Positions 1 to 12,983 of a stretch of DNA of 64,000 bases are shown here, piece by piece. Position 1 is the stretch's first letter, and each line of letters begins with the position of its first letter. Source of the stretch: Kudoa neothunni (lineage: Eukaryota; Animalia; Cnidaria); assembly GCA_964304625.1 (NCBI GenBank), contig OZ199839.1:8075885-8139884 (forward strand), given 5' to 3'. Made by a program: the position numbers and the translations under genes. Below the pieces are notes generated by a model. The model was not told the origin of the DNA, made no database searches, and saw nothing but the letters and a program-made list of their open reading frames with translations.

Positions 1-774
1 TTTATTATTGTTTTCATATGACACAGGAAATTTTTTAATATTCTTAAAACAACGAGGGTTTTTATGTTTTTAGTGGTTCGAGCTTTTCACCATTCATTGA
101 GGCACCTAACAAAATAGTTACTCGCTTCATAGATTGTTCGGTCCCTTTAAACTCCTCTTTGATGAAACTACAAAACCTTTACCTACAAAATAAATCAAAA
201 CGTTAAAAAAACTACATATACCTCTCTGTTGCTGGTAGAATAATTGCAGATTCGTCGATATTATATGTACAATCTGAATTATAATTTTCACATGTCTTTA
301 AGTTGTGGAATCCACTCTTCAACGACTGCAGAATCCACATCTGCGGCTTCGCCATGGAAATTAATTGTTCTTAGGTTTAAATCGCTTTTTAAAACCCTTA
401 AACCACCCAATTGTCCACACTTCTGGCTTCTTATTTTCAACATAAAGCTCAATTCTTTTGTTGATGATATCAGAGGGGGTGATTTCGATTTTTTTATCCC
501 TCATCAAACAGATCAAATCACAAATACCTTGATCATAATTAATGCTTGATACGTTATGAATGTTCTTTCTTTAATTTTATGCTAATCCTCCTTCAATAAT
601 AGAAATCATTTTCTCCTTCTTACGAAGAATCCCATTTAGGGTGGCAATATTCGTAATTTGGAAATGTTTTACTGTTGCTATTTGAGAATGTTTAAAGGGT
701 AAACTTTCGAAATACTTTATTATTTTGAATTTCTCTTCCAAAGTTCTAACAACTTTAGCATTAGTTCTTGCCAT
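1..774 (-). pseudogene. pogo/Tigger-like (CENP-B HTH + DDE_1) transposase, 5' part, frameshifted; runs off window start
   Basis: ORF 577-774 MARTNAKVVRTLEEKFKIIKYFE is a close copy of the + strand transposase starting at 42329. A matching TIR (AATCGGTTACCTACTG followed by TA) lies at 2021-2036. Confidence 0.85.
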
Positions 775-817
775 CTGTATTATTTAATTGATATCAAACA
801 AAAATTTAATCAACGAT

Positions 818-1290
818 TTTTTTTGTTTACAAGGTAAAACCCTTGACGCAACTTGTTAGGTTGAGGAATTCTGGTTGATCAGACCTCTTCCATTAACGCT
901 TTAGGCACCGCAGGACGTAACATGAAACCCCGTCGCTTATCTTTATGCGGTAGTGTGGGACTTTAACCCACAAAACATCCTCGTCTCAGGGCGACCACCA
1001 CCCCAAACCCTATCCCTTTAAGGACGTTGGCTCTGCGGGAACTGCAAATCATTTTGCCTTTCGATGGGTTCCGGAGATTTAAACTCCTATTCACGCTCAC
1101 CCCCACTTCACGCAAATCTGGCTGCCAGTGCATCCCACCCCACAGCGAGCGTACACGTTAATCACAGCTCCCAAATATGGGATAGAGACCCACCGACACG
1201 GAAGCAGTAGTCTGACCACCGGCGGATTCGAATGCATTACCTCAAGGTTCTGAGTCCGAGTGTCACACCAATGTGCTATCTGTCCACGGG
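818..1290 (-). mobile_element. tRNA-derived SINE-like insertion
   Basis: GC-rich island interrupting the Tigger 5' region. The minus-strand head has an A-box-like TAGCACATTGG and a B-box-like ATTCGAATCC (about 1215-1285). It ends in GGGTTTTACCTTG followed by an A-rich tail. Confidence 0.6.
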
Positions 1291-1329
1291 CTCTTCTCCT
1301 TTCTTATATTGGATGAAGACTGCACCAAT

Positions 1330-1837
1330 GTGGATATTAAAATAGAGACAATTAACTCTCGAAAACTCAAATCTTTTTTCCATAAATGATCCCGACAAAT
1401 TTTGATTCGATGTATCAGAAAAAGAATTGGCGATGTTCCTAAATATCCATTAATTTCAAAATTAATGATGAGCTTGCTCTCATTACCTTTCTTCTTCTGC
1501 TTGTTCCGAAAGAATAGTTTTCCAATTGAACATAATCAAAACGAAAAATAGATCATTATTGAAGATCGAAACATTAAACAGCTTGATTTATTCTAAAAGT
1601 TTATTTTATAATAAACTTTGTACAAAATGGAATCTGCCTGAAAATTTAGTAACATCGTTCATAGAGAGAAACCTTTACGACGATAATTGTAATTACACAA
1701 TTTCATTTTATATAAATTAAAAAACATTTTAAATAACTACATTTTTTTTACGTTTTAATCTCTTTTTTGCGGCGATTAACTGTTGATACATTTTACTTGA
1801 TTTCGGTACATTTTTCATAAATCTGCTGACAACCCTG
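1330..1837 (+). mobile_element. hAT transposon 3' remnant
   Basis: Frameshifted LP.SSACSER.FSQLNIIKTKNRS resembles the hAT C-terminal dimerisation motif. Ends in the hAT-like TIR GACAACCCTG. Confidence 0.65.
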
Positions 1838-2079
1838 GCTCGAGGGGACTCAACGGGTCGTGGGCACCTCGAACCCGATTCCTATTTTAGTGCTCACGGC
1901 CCGTCCGCCACTGTATTATTTAATGATATAATTTAAATAAAATGATTGTAGAATAATATCGTTGTATAAATTCGAAGGGACAAAATTTTTCCCTGCAGCG
2001 CTCGCGTGAAAAGTTCGAAAAATCGGTTACCTACTGTAGCACGCTCCCGAGGAAACCCGTAGTTTTCGTGCTAGTATTA

Positions 2080-2436
2080 CATAATTTAATAAAGTTATCA
2101 ATGTCAAAAGAATCACATATATTCTTTTCTTTTTGACTGTATATATGTGAATAGATATATATGGTGTGGAATAAATTTCAGGTCGATTTCCTTCTAATTA
2201 TAAAGAATGTGTCTAATTTCCGTGATATTCCTTTGAATTAATATTCAGGATAATAAAATTATTATCCTTCAAAATATTTGTTAAGATCAATTAATATTTC
2301 CGAAATATTTGTATTGATGTTTCATTGGGTTTAAAGCGAACATTAATTCTGTGTATATATGTATTAATTATAATCCGGTTAAAATTTTGATTTTTATATT
2401 GAACGAAAACTATCGTTATTTCTTTTGCAAAATATA
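2080..2436 (+). promoter_or_regulatory. conserved upstream/promoter region of family A genes
   Basis: About 350 nt of recognisable similarity precedes the ATG of all four A copies (e.g. GATGTTTCATTGGGTTTAA, AAATTTTGATTTTTATATTGAACGAAAACTATCGTT). No function is shown. Confidence 0.45.
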
Positions 2437-5293
2437 ATGAAAGACTCTGTTTACGTTTTAAGAATTTGTACTTATCTGACGTGTATATACACACAAACGG
2501 TCCTGGGAGGTGCTTCAAATCCAACTACTACTGAAACCCCTTTAATTTATAAACTTGTGGAAGAGAGCAATCAATTAAACGTTAATTTTATATTAAATGG
2601 AAATTATTATACTGGGGACAAGAAATGTCATATAAAAAAAGCTGATGATGATGGCACGAAACCTTGTTGAAATTGCTACATGCCCCGGTGATGCTTATAC
2701 AACAGATGGTGAAAAATGTGTTTGGACATGTTCAGGAAGTACCAATAAGCTAGCTTTTGACAAGTTCTCCCCAAAGACTAAATATATCGCTATCTTTAGC
2801 GATAATGACGCAGCGACCGCGGCTTCGAAAAATAATAATGGGATTGTATTTGGATTGGAATTTTGTAACTAAAGGATCTGTGTTCAGTAAATTTCCTTTA
2901 GCATTACTGGTGAATCCGCGAGTTTCAATAACAAGGGAGGGGAAAAAACTGAAATTGAGCACAAAAGCTTGTAACTCGGTGAAATGTCCCATATTTTACA
3001 AGGGCGTGATATATGATGAGGGAACAACTCAGAGAAGTGGCATTGCAAATATTGAAAGTGAAATGGAGTTTAATTTGATGATTCCACATTATGCAATGAA
3101 ATGCGATAATTATCCCAGTTTCTTTTACACCCTGCAAAATAAATACACTCTTTTTAACATAGATGTTTATCAACCACAATATTACGTGACCTCTAGTTCG
3201 AGTGCTCCAACGAAGTATATGCTAAAATTTACAAACAAATTTCCCTTCGAAACGTGTCTTTTCAGTATAAGAGAAGTGCCAACAGCAGGTAGTAACGGTG
3301 GATACACATCGAAATGTGGTTCAGCAGATAAATGTTATGCGCCATGTAATAATGTTGAACTTGAATTCACAGCATCCAAGTCTGTTGTTGAAATATCGAT
3401 TAAAACCAGACACGTACCACTGACCATCAATAACATCCCTTATATTGGGTATATTCAAAAAAAATATGGTAATCCAAAAACATTTTAACTATGATAATCT
3501 TCTTATAGTTGTCATCGAAACTACTGCTCCTACCTTATTGTCAGAGCATTCATCTACTGGTGTTAAGTTAAATGTTCCCTTGTTTCAATCACAAGCTGCT
3601 GTTAAATTTTCTGGATGTACTGTAACTTATTATGAAGCAGACAAACCAAAACCTGCTGACCTTGTTCCTGATGGGGCGAAATGTGGAACTGGTAAAACAG
3701 ACTGTGGCAACGAGTGCACGACTGCTCTAGAAATTACAGGATTGGATAGTGGAAAACCATATATTCTTGAAATTGCAGCTGGTAATAACGCTAGCCCTCT
3801 TCAAGATTTTAAAGAACGTGTATTCTTTCGAACAGGTACTATAATCGAAAAAAATATTCTTTTAAATAAATATATAGCAAAGAAATCTGATCCAACCTTT
3901 TCTGAAACAACTCCAACAGTAACGGATACAACCGCGTCTGTTAAAGCAATAGATGTAACTGGTACAATCACAAAAGACGACAAAACTTGTGCTTACTATA
4001 TAAGCCCTCATAGAAAAGATGTATATGTGTGTGCAATGTGCGAAGATAGTTATCCTTGCAGGGGTTTTTGCAAGGATTCTCAAAAAATTATTGGGTTAAT
4101 GCCTGGAACCGAATATGACCTAAAGGTAGTTGCACATGAGGATTATGGAGAAAAAGAACATAAAATCACAACGAGTATATAAATTGATGAATTCTAATTA
4201 TATAACTAATTATGTTTCAAGCTTTGTCAACGCTCACACTAAAATCGGAATTTATAGACAAAGGCTTTAAGGTGATAGGTGTACTTTCAACACCATATCC
4301 TACGGCTGTTTGTCACTATAAAGTAAACGTAAAAAAAGGGAGTGAATCCGAGTTGGTCTACCAATGCCCACCATTGGCTTCTACAGCAAACACTGGAGCA
4401 ACCTCTAAAGTATCCAAGACTACTAAAATAGCACTAGCTAGGACAACTAATGGACACCAACCACAGAACGTGCCGCCTCCAAATAAAAAACCAGAAATCA
4501 CTCCATGCACACAACCTCCATTGTGCACTGATATTATATTCAAAGAAGGATACGAAGCAGACAAGGAATATGTAGTTTTGGTTACTGCTGTCGGCAGATC
4601 TGCAGAAACTACCATCAAAATACCCATAAGTAATAAAAAATCTAATTCTAAATTCATATCGTTTATATTTTAATTACATTTTTAAAATTATATACATTAA
4701 TTTTTTATTATACTAAACTTTAATTTAGGCCCACAGTCCATCCCCACTAATATCCAATCAAATTAACTGTGGTGTTTACAAGAGAAGGCGAAAACCATAA
4801 AAGTTAAAAACTTCTCTTCCTACAGAGCGTTGATGAGCAGTCGTTATGCAAATGGGAATTGAAAAATTGGGATGATCCATCCAAACCAATCGTCCAAAAA
4901 TGCATGGCAACTGGTGAACAAGGTTGTTCAGCTTTTCCATCATGCAAGGAATTTTCAATTTCAAATGTGGATAACACCAACAATTATCGTTTGATGTTAT
5001 ATCATAGTACAGATAGCAACATCTCTGGTTTTGTCGAATCCAGAAAGGTACTTGAAAAAATGTTACTGGTCATTATTTCTGATAATTTGATTAGATGATG
5101 AATCAAACAAATCCATGTAACATCAAGTTGTTAAATTATAATTGATTTATTTTAGGTCAAAAAAATACAATGTACTTATTGATGGAGATATCTTGTTAAT
5201 CAATTATTTTAGAATTATTGCTGTAGTAGTTCCAGTGCTCATCATTGTTGTTGGTGTGGATTCTATTTCGGATACTGGAAAAATAAAAACTAG
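2437..5293 (+). pseudogene. A1: Cys-rich FN3-like multidomain type I membrane protein, frameshifted as given
   Basis: GT-AG introns at 2865-2901, 3469-3508, 3836-3877, 4175-4221, 4630-4728, 5048-5094, 5117-5155 and 5172-5212. Collinear with intact A3. Carries several 1-nt indels and lacks intron 1; some indels may be sequencing error. Confidence 0.8.
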
Positions 5294-6249
5294 ATTTTTA
5301 TTTATGAAGAATGCTTTCACAAGCTGACGTTCGATTTAGCGACCGTAATTAATATCATAGATATTAATTATCTATTGTATTTCTTCAGCTATAACTTTTA
5401 AAATCTGAATATGTATTTTCATGCATATTTATTATTTCGAAAATTGTTTCTGTCTTTATTCTATATCATTTATTATGGGACAACTAAATCCAATTTTTTC
5501 AATATTCGATTAATTATATTTAAATGTAATAATAAATCTTATTTGTTTAGGTTGTTTTATTTGACAAAAAGTTGAAAATCATTATACCAGTTAAAAGTAC
5601 CCATATTTAATCTTCAAAGTAATTTTTAGATATGTTAAAATATTTATCGTTTTTAAACTAGGCGATACGTTTACAAAGCTGTAATAATTGATGTTATGGA
5701 ACCAACAATTTATGGGCTAACATTAAATCTTTTTTATTGTCATTTAAAATTCAAGTGTTGTATCGAATATTATTTCATGTAGCACACGTGTGTCTTAAAA
5801 TGAGTAAATAGATAAATTTATCAATATGAGCACTCTCAATTGATTTTAAGTTTCTGGATAAATTATCTAGTCCAAGCATTTTTATATTTGGACAAAACTC
5901 TAAAACCTGATTAATAATTAATATTTTATTCATTCAAAATGAGGCTAAATAATTTTATCGCGTATTTTACACAACATGCATAAATCATTTAATACATTAT
6001 CAATATACATTATTAACTTACTTATCTCTTCAAAATTAATCCCATTTAATTTAGGCAGTGGCTATTACCACGCTAGCGTATAATCCCATGTCGAGGCTGT
6101 CAATTGCCACGAAAGCGAATTTCTCCTAATATTTTGATTTCTTAGACCTATAACTTTCATTACCACTTAAACATTTTTTATATTAAATTTTAAATTTTCG
6201 TGTTAAAATTTACCATCTAGATTTTACAATAAAGATCAATCTTTATGCT

Positions 6250-8480
6250 GGGTTTAACAAAAATCTGGGCTAAATTCCAGTCAGTGTCGCCAACCGTGTC
6301 CGATTTCGGACAAATTAGTCAAAATTGTCCAATTTTTTCCATGTCGTATTTTATCCGATTTTTAGTCTTGTTCTTCGAAAGTCTGAATAATCGCAAAACA
6401 AAGTTTCAAAGATTGGAGTTTTTGCAAATTCCCAAAAAATGGAATCTAATCGTTACTGATTTCATGACGAGAAATCTTCGAGTAGAAAATTTTATACTTG
6501 GAACAATGCTTTATTTCGAATTAAAATGCCTGCAATAGATGTTCACCAAACACAAGACACAGTTAAGAATTTTAATAAGTCTTAAAGCCCATGTAATACA
6601 AAATTGAGCTTAGAAAAACATGCCAAAAATTTATCAAAATGAACACATTTTTAAATTTTATGCTCCCGTTAAGACCAATATTTTGGATTTTTTACCATTA
6701 TCATTATTGACGGCAATACACCGTTTTATCATGACCATGAACCATTTTGGAATTATTACGAAGAGATTTTTGTGCTTGAATTTAAAAGACTCATGATGGT
6801 GATATCTAATTGTAAGTTATCATTACAAGTGTTTGTTATCAATTTTCAAAAAATTCCAATTTTAGGTATTACCTAAAAAAATGAAAATTTAACTAAATTT
6901 TAACTACTTGACTAATTTTTCTTAATTTTAATGAATGAATGGTCGCACATAAAAACGAAACCTCATCTGGGTATAGTTGTTACATGAAATTTAAAAGTTG
7001 GACGATAGACTGTAATAGAATTGTTTGAAATTAGAGGAATTTAATAGGTTAAAACAAGGTTTGTTAGACTAAATTATTAATAATCGCCTTTTTAGCCATT
7101 GTTTATCGGCAAATAAATTTTAATTCTATCGGAAAATACCACACATCTTTATTTCCCCATGCTCTGATCAACGCTTCTCCGGAAGCAGCACTTTCTCTTT
7201 TGGAATTATCGAACACATCAGAAGAAATAGAATGTTGTGCTCTACATTAGATAATCTTGTTCTAATGAGGAATTTTTTCAACACATTGACAAAATGATGC
7301 CATAAATTTGAGGTTTCTGAGTTAATTATAAATTAACGTAATATTTATACATATAATTAAATATTAGTTTCGTTTTTACAAAAAATCTGATTTGTCCGAT
7401 TTGCGTTGGCGGCACTGATTTCAGTGACTGCGACACGCTTCGGAGATATTAGTAACTGGTCGTTATATTTGTGGCGCGGCTAATCTTAACAAGAAAATAT
7501 ATACTTTCGTGAACAGTAACGATATCACTAATTTGGATTATGGTTATTTCCACGATGATTTAGATTATACAATAAAGACATTACAAAGTCTTGGATTGAT
7601 ACCAAGTTTTTCTAAATGTTTGTGTGGCGGTCAAAATTTTTTTGCTAAAAGAAAAGATACTGATGATTGATATCAGTATAAATACATTTTATGCAGAAAA
7701 AGATAGATTCAAAAGGGAACAATTTTTGAAATATCTAGACTTCTGTTGCGGAAGATCTTCATATTTATCGTTTCTATAATTCAGCACTCATCCATGACTT
7801 ATGAGGATATTCGAAAATATGTTAGAATATCATCAAATTCCACCATATGTGAATGGAAAAATGTAATATATGATTTTGTGACCTTTAAATTGGATGAGGA
7901 ATCTCCAAAAATTGGCGGACGGGGAGTTATCTTTCAAATTGATGAGACTGTCATATCTAAAAGAAAATACAACATGGAAAGGATTCTTCGTAATCAACAA
8001 TATTGGATGGTTGGTGGTATCGACGAGAATGGAAATTGTTTTTTACGCTTAACACAACCAAGAAATAAAGACATACCTGTAAGAATTATCCTTGACAACG
8101 TCGAAGAAGAGTCGATCATTTGGACGGACGGTTGGAAAGGATATAATAGCTTGACAATGTTGGGTTCTGTGCATGGGTAATTATTCACGGATGGAAGTTC
8201 GTTTCCTCCGAGGGAACACATTCTAATCCAATTAAACCTACTTGGGGAGCTTTTAAGCGTAAATATCGGAGCGCAACAAATAAAAACCCAGAGACTCTTC
8301 CTCACTATGTGGCCGACTTTAAGTATCGAAGAAAATATTCCGGCAAAGAATTATCATCATTATTTAAATATATAATGATTAACAATAATATATTTTAATT
8401 TTTACGATGTTTCTGAAGTTTGTCTATTTTACCCGAAACGAGCCACAGTCATTGTAATTTAGCCAAAATCTGTGACTTAA
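6250..8480 (+). mobile_element. Merlin (IS1595/ISXO2-like DDE) DNA transposon, decayed
   Basis: ORF 7746-8180 has KIGG.G..FQIDET..SKRKYN, WMVGGIDE and SIIWTDGWKGY. The right TIR at about 8432-8480 matches the left TIR (GGCTAAATTCCAGT|GACTGCGACACGCTTCGG) once the 6282-7417 insert is removed. Confidence 0.85.
6282..7417 (+). mobile_element. non-autonomous hAT element nested in the Merlin left TIR
   Basis: TIRs CAGTGTCGCCAAC / GTTGGCGGCACTG. 8-bp TSD ATTCCAGT/ATTTCAGT. Residual RRNRMLCSTLDNLVLMR near 7220. Confidence 0.8.
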
Positions 8481-9484
8481 AAATCTAAAATATCAGTTTA
8501 TTTATATAAAAAATATGGTCGTTTAAATAATTTTTGATTTTATTTTATCACAATTAAATATTTCTAGACTGTTTTGGGTCCTAATTCGATGATCTATCCT
8601 CAAATCGACTTAACTAAATCATATCTATTATAAGTACATAACCTGTATATGCATATATATACATTTTTTTGTTCATTAAAAGAAATCTAGTATCTAAATT
8701 TTTGGATTATGATATTTACCTGACTTTTTAGGGTACTTTAAAACGGATAACTCTAAAAAGGGTATTGGAGTGTTATGAAAATAAACTTACAAAACTTGTA
8801 ATACTTATAATTATGAATTATGTTTATATGTTATATTTAACATTAATGATTATAAATAATAAATAATTTTGCCGCACTTATGTGAATTTTTTTGATATTT
8901 ATAATATGCGAGAATAAGAAATAATATAAGGCAGTGCTGAGAATAATATCTTTTAAGTAGAAAGATTTATCTCGTTTCATCAACTAGAAGATTCTTTAAA
9001 GTCTTACGAAAAAAAATCACTATGTAACTTAATAGATAGAAATAAAAAAATTATTTATATCAAACGTTTTCTCTTCCAAAAAATTTAATGGGGAATTAAA
9101 ACACTGTTATATTTAATACATTTGTTATTTTGGCAACCATTATTGTAATAGAGCAAAGGGTGTAAGAGAGGCTAAAACATTGTGAGGCACCTGCCAGACT
9201 CATTTAGGTAGGAGTCAGTTCCGATGGAAAAAAACTTGAAGTAAAATTTTTACAACTAGCACATAACCACAGGAGAAATCGTGTTTTCTTCAAATGTGCC
9301 GCCACAACGCAAATTACACAGCAATAATAAATTAATATCAGAATTAATTTCTGTTTGCCAATGAAAGAATGCTGCCTGTCTAAAATACAAAAAGCAACGG
9401 GTGTAATAATTACTCTCAAGTCCATACATTACACGGAAAATATATTTTCATAACGTAATGGAATAAACTTTTTCTATAAGATTT

Positions 9485-11600
9485 TAACCCTCCTAAGTCA
9501 CATGAAAATTTATACCTTCCAAGTATAATTGGGGTCCAGAAGACCTCACATTTTTATTTGATAAAATAATAATATGTATTTTAGAAGTTTTTAAAATATT
9601 TGATAGATTATATCTTCGGTAATTTCATAAATGACATCATGTAAATTAACATGATGTAATATTGGTGTACGCATGTGGCAAATGATAAAGAAATATTTTA
9701 ACCACGGGCGTATGTATTACTTTCGAGATCGCATATGTTCTATAAACATAACTCAAAATTCAGCTCATGTAGTAAAATTAATTTTTTATATAATTTTCGC
9801 TTAAAGTGATCAAGAATATCATAATCCCGGCATAGACTATTGCATAAAACAGGTAAACGTAGAAACACAGGAAATTTTTCCTTAGGGCAGAAACGACGCT
9901 TAAAAAATCCACCTAAATATGCCATAGTTCAATCAACATGGAAACAATTACCGGACTGTTTTGTTATCTCAATATTTTCCATACCCAGGGGTCGGCAACC
10001 GATATGGCTGAAAGAGCCAATTATTGATGGTGCGAAAAATTTTTTTACTTCTGGAATCGCACATTCAGTTTAGGATCGAAAATAAAAATATTTAATTTTG
10101 AAATCAGGAATACATAACATTTCAGAAAAATATGGAGAAAAAATCCAATTAGTCAATTTACGCGTTTTTCGATAACTAATTAAACCTATTATTTTTATTA
10201 TTAGTATTTAAATGCAGGGAGAAATAATAAAAAACAAAAAAAGTATACACTTGAAATTTGTCTGATTATTTCAAATAATATTGTATTACGTTTTTGGAAA
10301 TTTCCCATTATGAAGAATTAGATATTTAACCATTGTCGTATATACAACAAATATACCATATAAAATTCACTTTCATGGATGTTATTGTCAAAAAAAAGAA
10401 ATTTCAACCATATAATTTAATCTTTTAAACTTGAAAGAGATACTTTTCTAGTGTATTTTCATGAATTTAGTTATTTTTACGACACGCTATATTGGGTTTT
10501 CTTCGCATTAAAACTAAAGAACGTTCATTATTACAAGAAAATTCTTTGTAATGGATAAAATTTAATGAAAACGTGTATAGCTACATTTTTATGTAAAAAA
10601 GTTGATTAAACAAAATTTTTAAATTGGAAAAACTATCCACACTTTTATGAGTCTAATTTAAAGATTTAAAAAAGTTGTGCATATAAACAAATAAGATTTA
10701 TTTGTATAATATTCGAAAATTTACTTTTAAATAGTTTCACTTTAATAATAACCTTTTTATTAGGGAAAAATGTTTATTAAGGACAAAATAATTTGTTGAT
10801 TTCAAATCATAGATAAAATTAAGAACATTTCGAGTTATTTTGTCTCGTTAATTATTGCATAAGCATAGGACGATGTTCTATGAGGAATTTAATGTTTATA
10901 TGTTATTTATTTTTGTTGAATCTTTCCTTTCTATATCTAACTTTTAAGTTGAAAATTAAGAGAATTAGTTCAAGTTGGTGAAACTGGAGTACCATACAAT
11001 CATTTCAATACTCATATTTTCATTAAAAATGATTTGTCTGATGAAAATTTAAAATTTGAACGCAATAATGAGTTCAACGACTAGGAATTACATAATACCT
11101 TCGCATTTTAACATTAGATATTGTAGTTTATATTATGTACGTAAGGTGGGGAGCCACAGGTTGCCAACCCCTGTTCCATACCATCAAAATGTGAAACTCT
11201 CGTTATATAGAGAAATTTATGTAGTGAGAATAAAGCACGATACATCTTTCCTTCTTCTAATCCAAATATCTCTTTAACCGATTCTCGATTATCCCTGTGA
11301 TATCCCATCAGAAATAAACATCTAATGAAACCCATCCAATTCGATGCATCTATCACCAAAATTTTTCCACCCATGTACTGGTATATTTTAACATAATGGC
11401 GTACATAACAGATCTAAATATTATTCGGAAAGTATAAATTGTATTTGTAATAAAAAAAACGGAAAGACACTAGGACGACTATTCATAATATTTGTAACAC
11501 TTGTTCTGGATGCCAACGACGGGTTCATCGACCATAACATTCAGTTCTTGTGTATTAGTGAGTTAAGTTGTATGTCTGTATCAATATCAAATTTTTCTAA
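9485..11600 (-). mobile_element. highly decayed piggyBac remnant
   Basis: TTAACCCT terminus at about 9484. Minus-strand fragments such as NVMVDE (about 11530) resemble piggyBac transposase. The other end was not found. Confidence 0.45.
9986..11173. mobile_element. non-autonomous hAT-like TIR element
   Basis: TIRs CAGGGGTCGGCAACC / GGTTGCCAACCCCTG, flanked by the direct repeat TTCCATACC. Confidence 0.85.
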
Positions 11601-11629
11601 CGATAAATAATCATGAAAAGAAGAAAATA

Positions 11630-12983
11630 AATTTTACTCTAAATACTCATCTCGTTTCGATGAAACACGTTATGGATGAACAAAATTTGCCCGAAAAACT
11701 AACTATAAAGATTTACTCTAATAAGGTAGTTAGTCATTTTTAATTATAATGAAGGACTAAAATTAAAAATCACATTAAACTTGATTTTTTAAAAATTTGC
11801 AACCCCATGATCCTTTGAAATCTTGGATCAATTTTAACAAATGAAAAAATATGGAATTTTGTAACCGAATATTTTAAACGAATCCAAATAATTCCATTTC
11901 ATTAAAAATTTCCGAAACTAATGAATATTTGTTTATTTACAAAATAAGAATGTGTACCTTCAACGGAAATTTTCTTTACATAAAACTTAAATTAGTTACA
12001 ATTAAATAAGAATAAAATGTTCCATATTTTCCATAGCAAATGTAGAAAACTTTGAGCTAAATTTTTTCAATGCCAATTTATTTGGAGAAACATAGATTAG
12101 GTGAGAAAAGTGTATTTTCATAATAAACTTTATTGATATTAAAGTAGGAAATATTTTATAAGATATTTTATCAGTTAAAATCATATTGTGGAGAAAGTCA
12201 CTCAAATCATTTTTTTTATATTTCGTTTGTATGCAAACTAGGAGATTAATTTTGAAGAGTAAAATAAGTTAATAATGTATATATGATAATGCGTTGAATG
12301 ATTCATGTAGGTTATATAAAGTATGTGATATAATTATTTAATTTCCTTTTGAATGAATAAACAAAATGTTAATTATTAATGAGGTTTTTAAAGTTATCCC
12401 CGAATCTAAAAATGTTTGGAACTAGGGAACTTATCTAGAAACTTAAAAATCAATTGAGAGTGTTCATATTGATAAATAACCTACTTAGTAATTGATGACA
12501 CACATGTACTGCATAAAATATATATTCGATACAATATTTGAATTTTCAATAGTAATAAAAAGATTTTATATCTGCTCATAAACTGTTGGTTCCATTGCAT
12601 CAATTATTGCGCCTTTGTAAACTTATTATCGTCTAATTTAAAAAAGATAAATATTTTGAAATTTCTAAAATTAATTTGGAGATTAAATATATATAATTTT
12701 AACTGGTATAATGATTTTCAACTTCTTGTCAAATAAAACAACCTAAACAAATAAGATTTATTATTAGATGTAAATATAATTATTCGAATATTGAAAAAAT
12801 AATATTAATTTTCTCACATAAAATAAAGAAATACAATTAAAAAAAATATGCGTGAAACTAAATAATTATGTTCCTAATAGTAATGAATGAAGAAATCTAA
12901 TAGATAGCTAAAATTTGTTATTTTATGAATACAATCACCAAATCGAACGGAAATTCGTGAGAGTATTCTTCTAAAATAAAAAT
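11630..12983. repeat. duplicated 3' flank of family A genes
   Basis: Directly similar to about 32750-34120. Its gene-proximal half is similar in inverted orientation to about 5294-6040. Confidence 0.85.

Noticed and set aside
1213-1285. tRNA gene on the minus strand
   Set aside because: It has A/B boxes, but the stems do not pair into a convincing cloverleaf; better explained as a SINE head.
7746-8180. Bacterial IS1595 contamination or recent horizontal transfer
   Set aside because: It is embedded among intron-containing genes and eukaryotic TEs, and its motifs fit eukaryotic Merlin elements.
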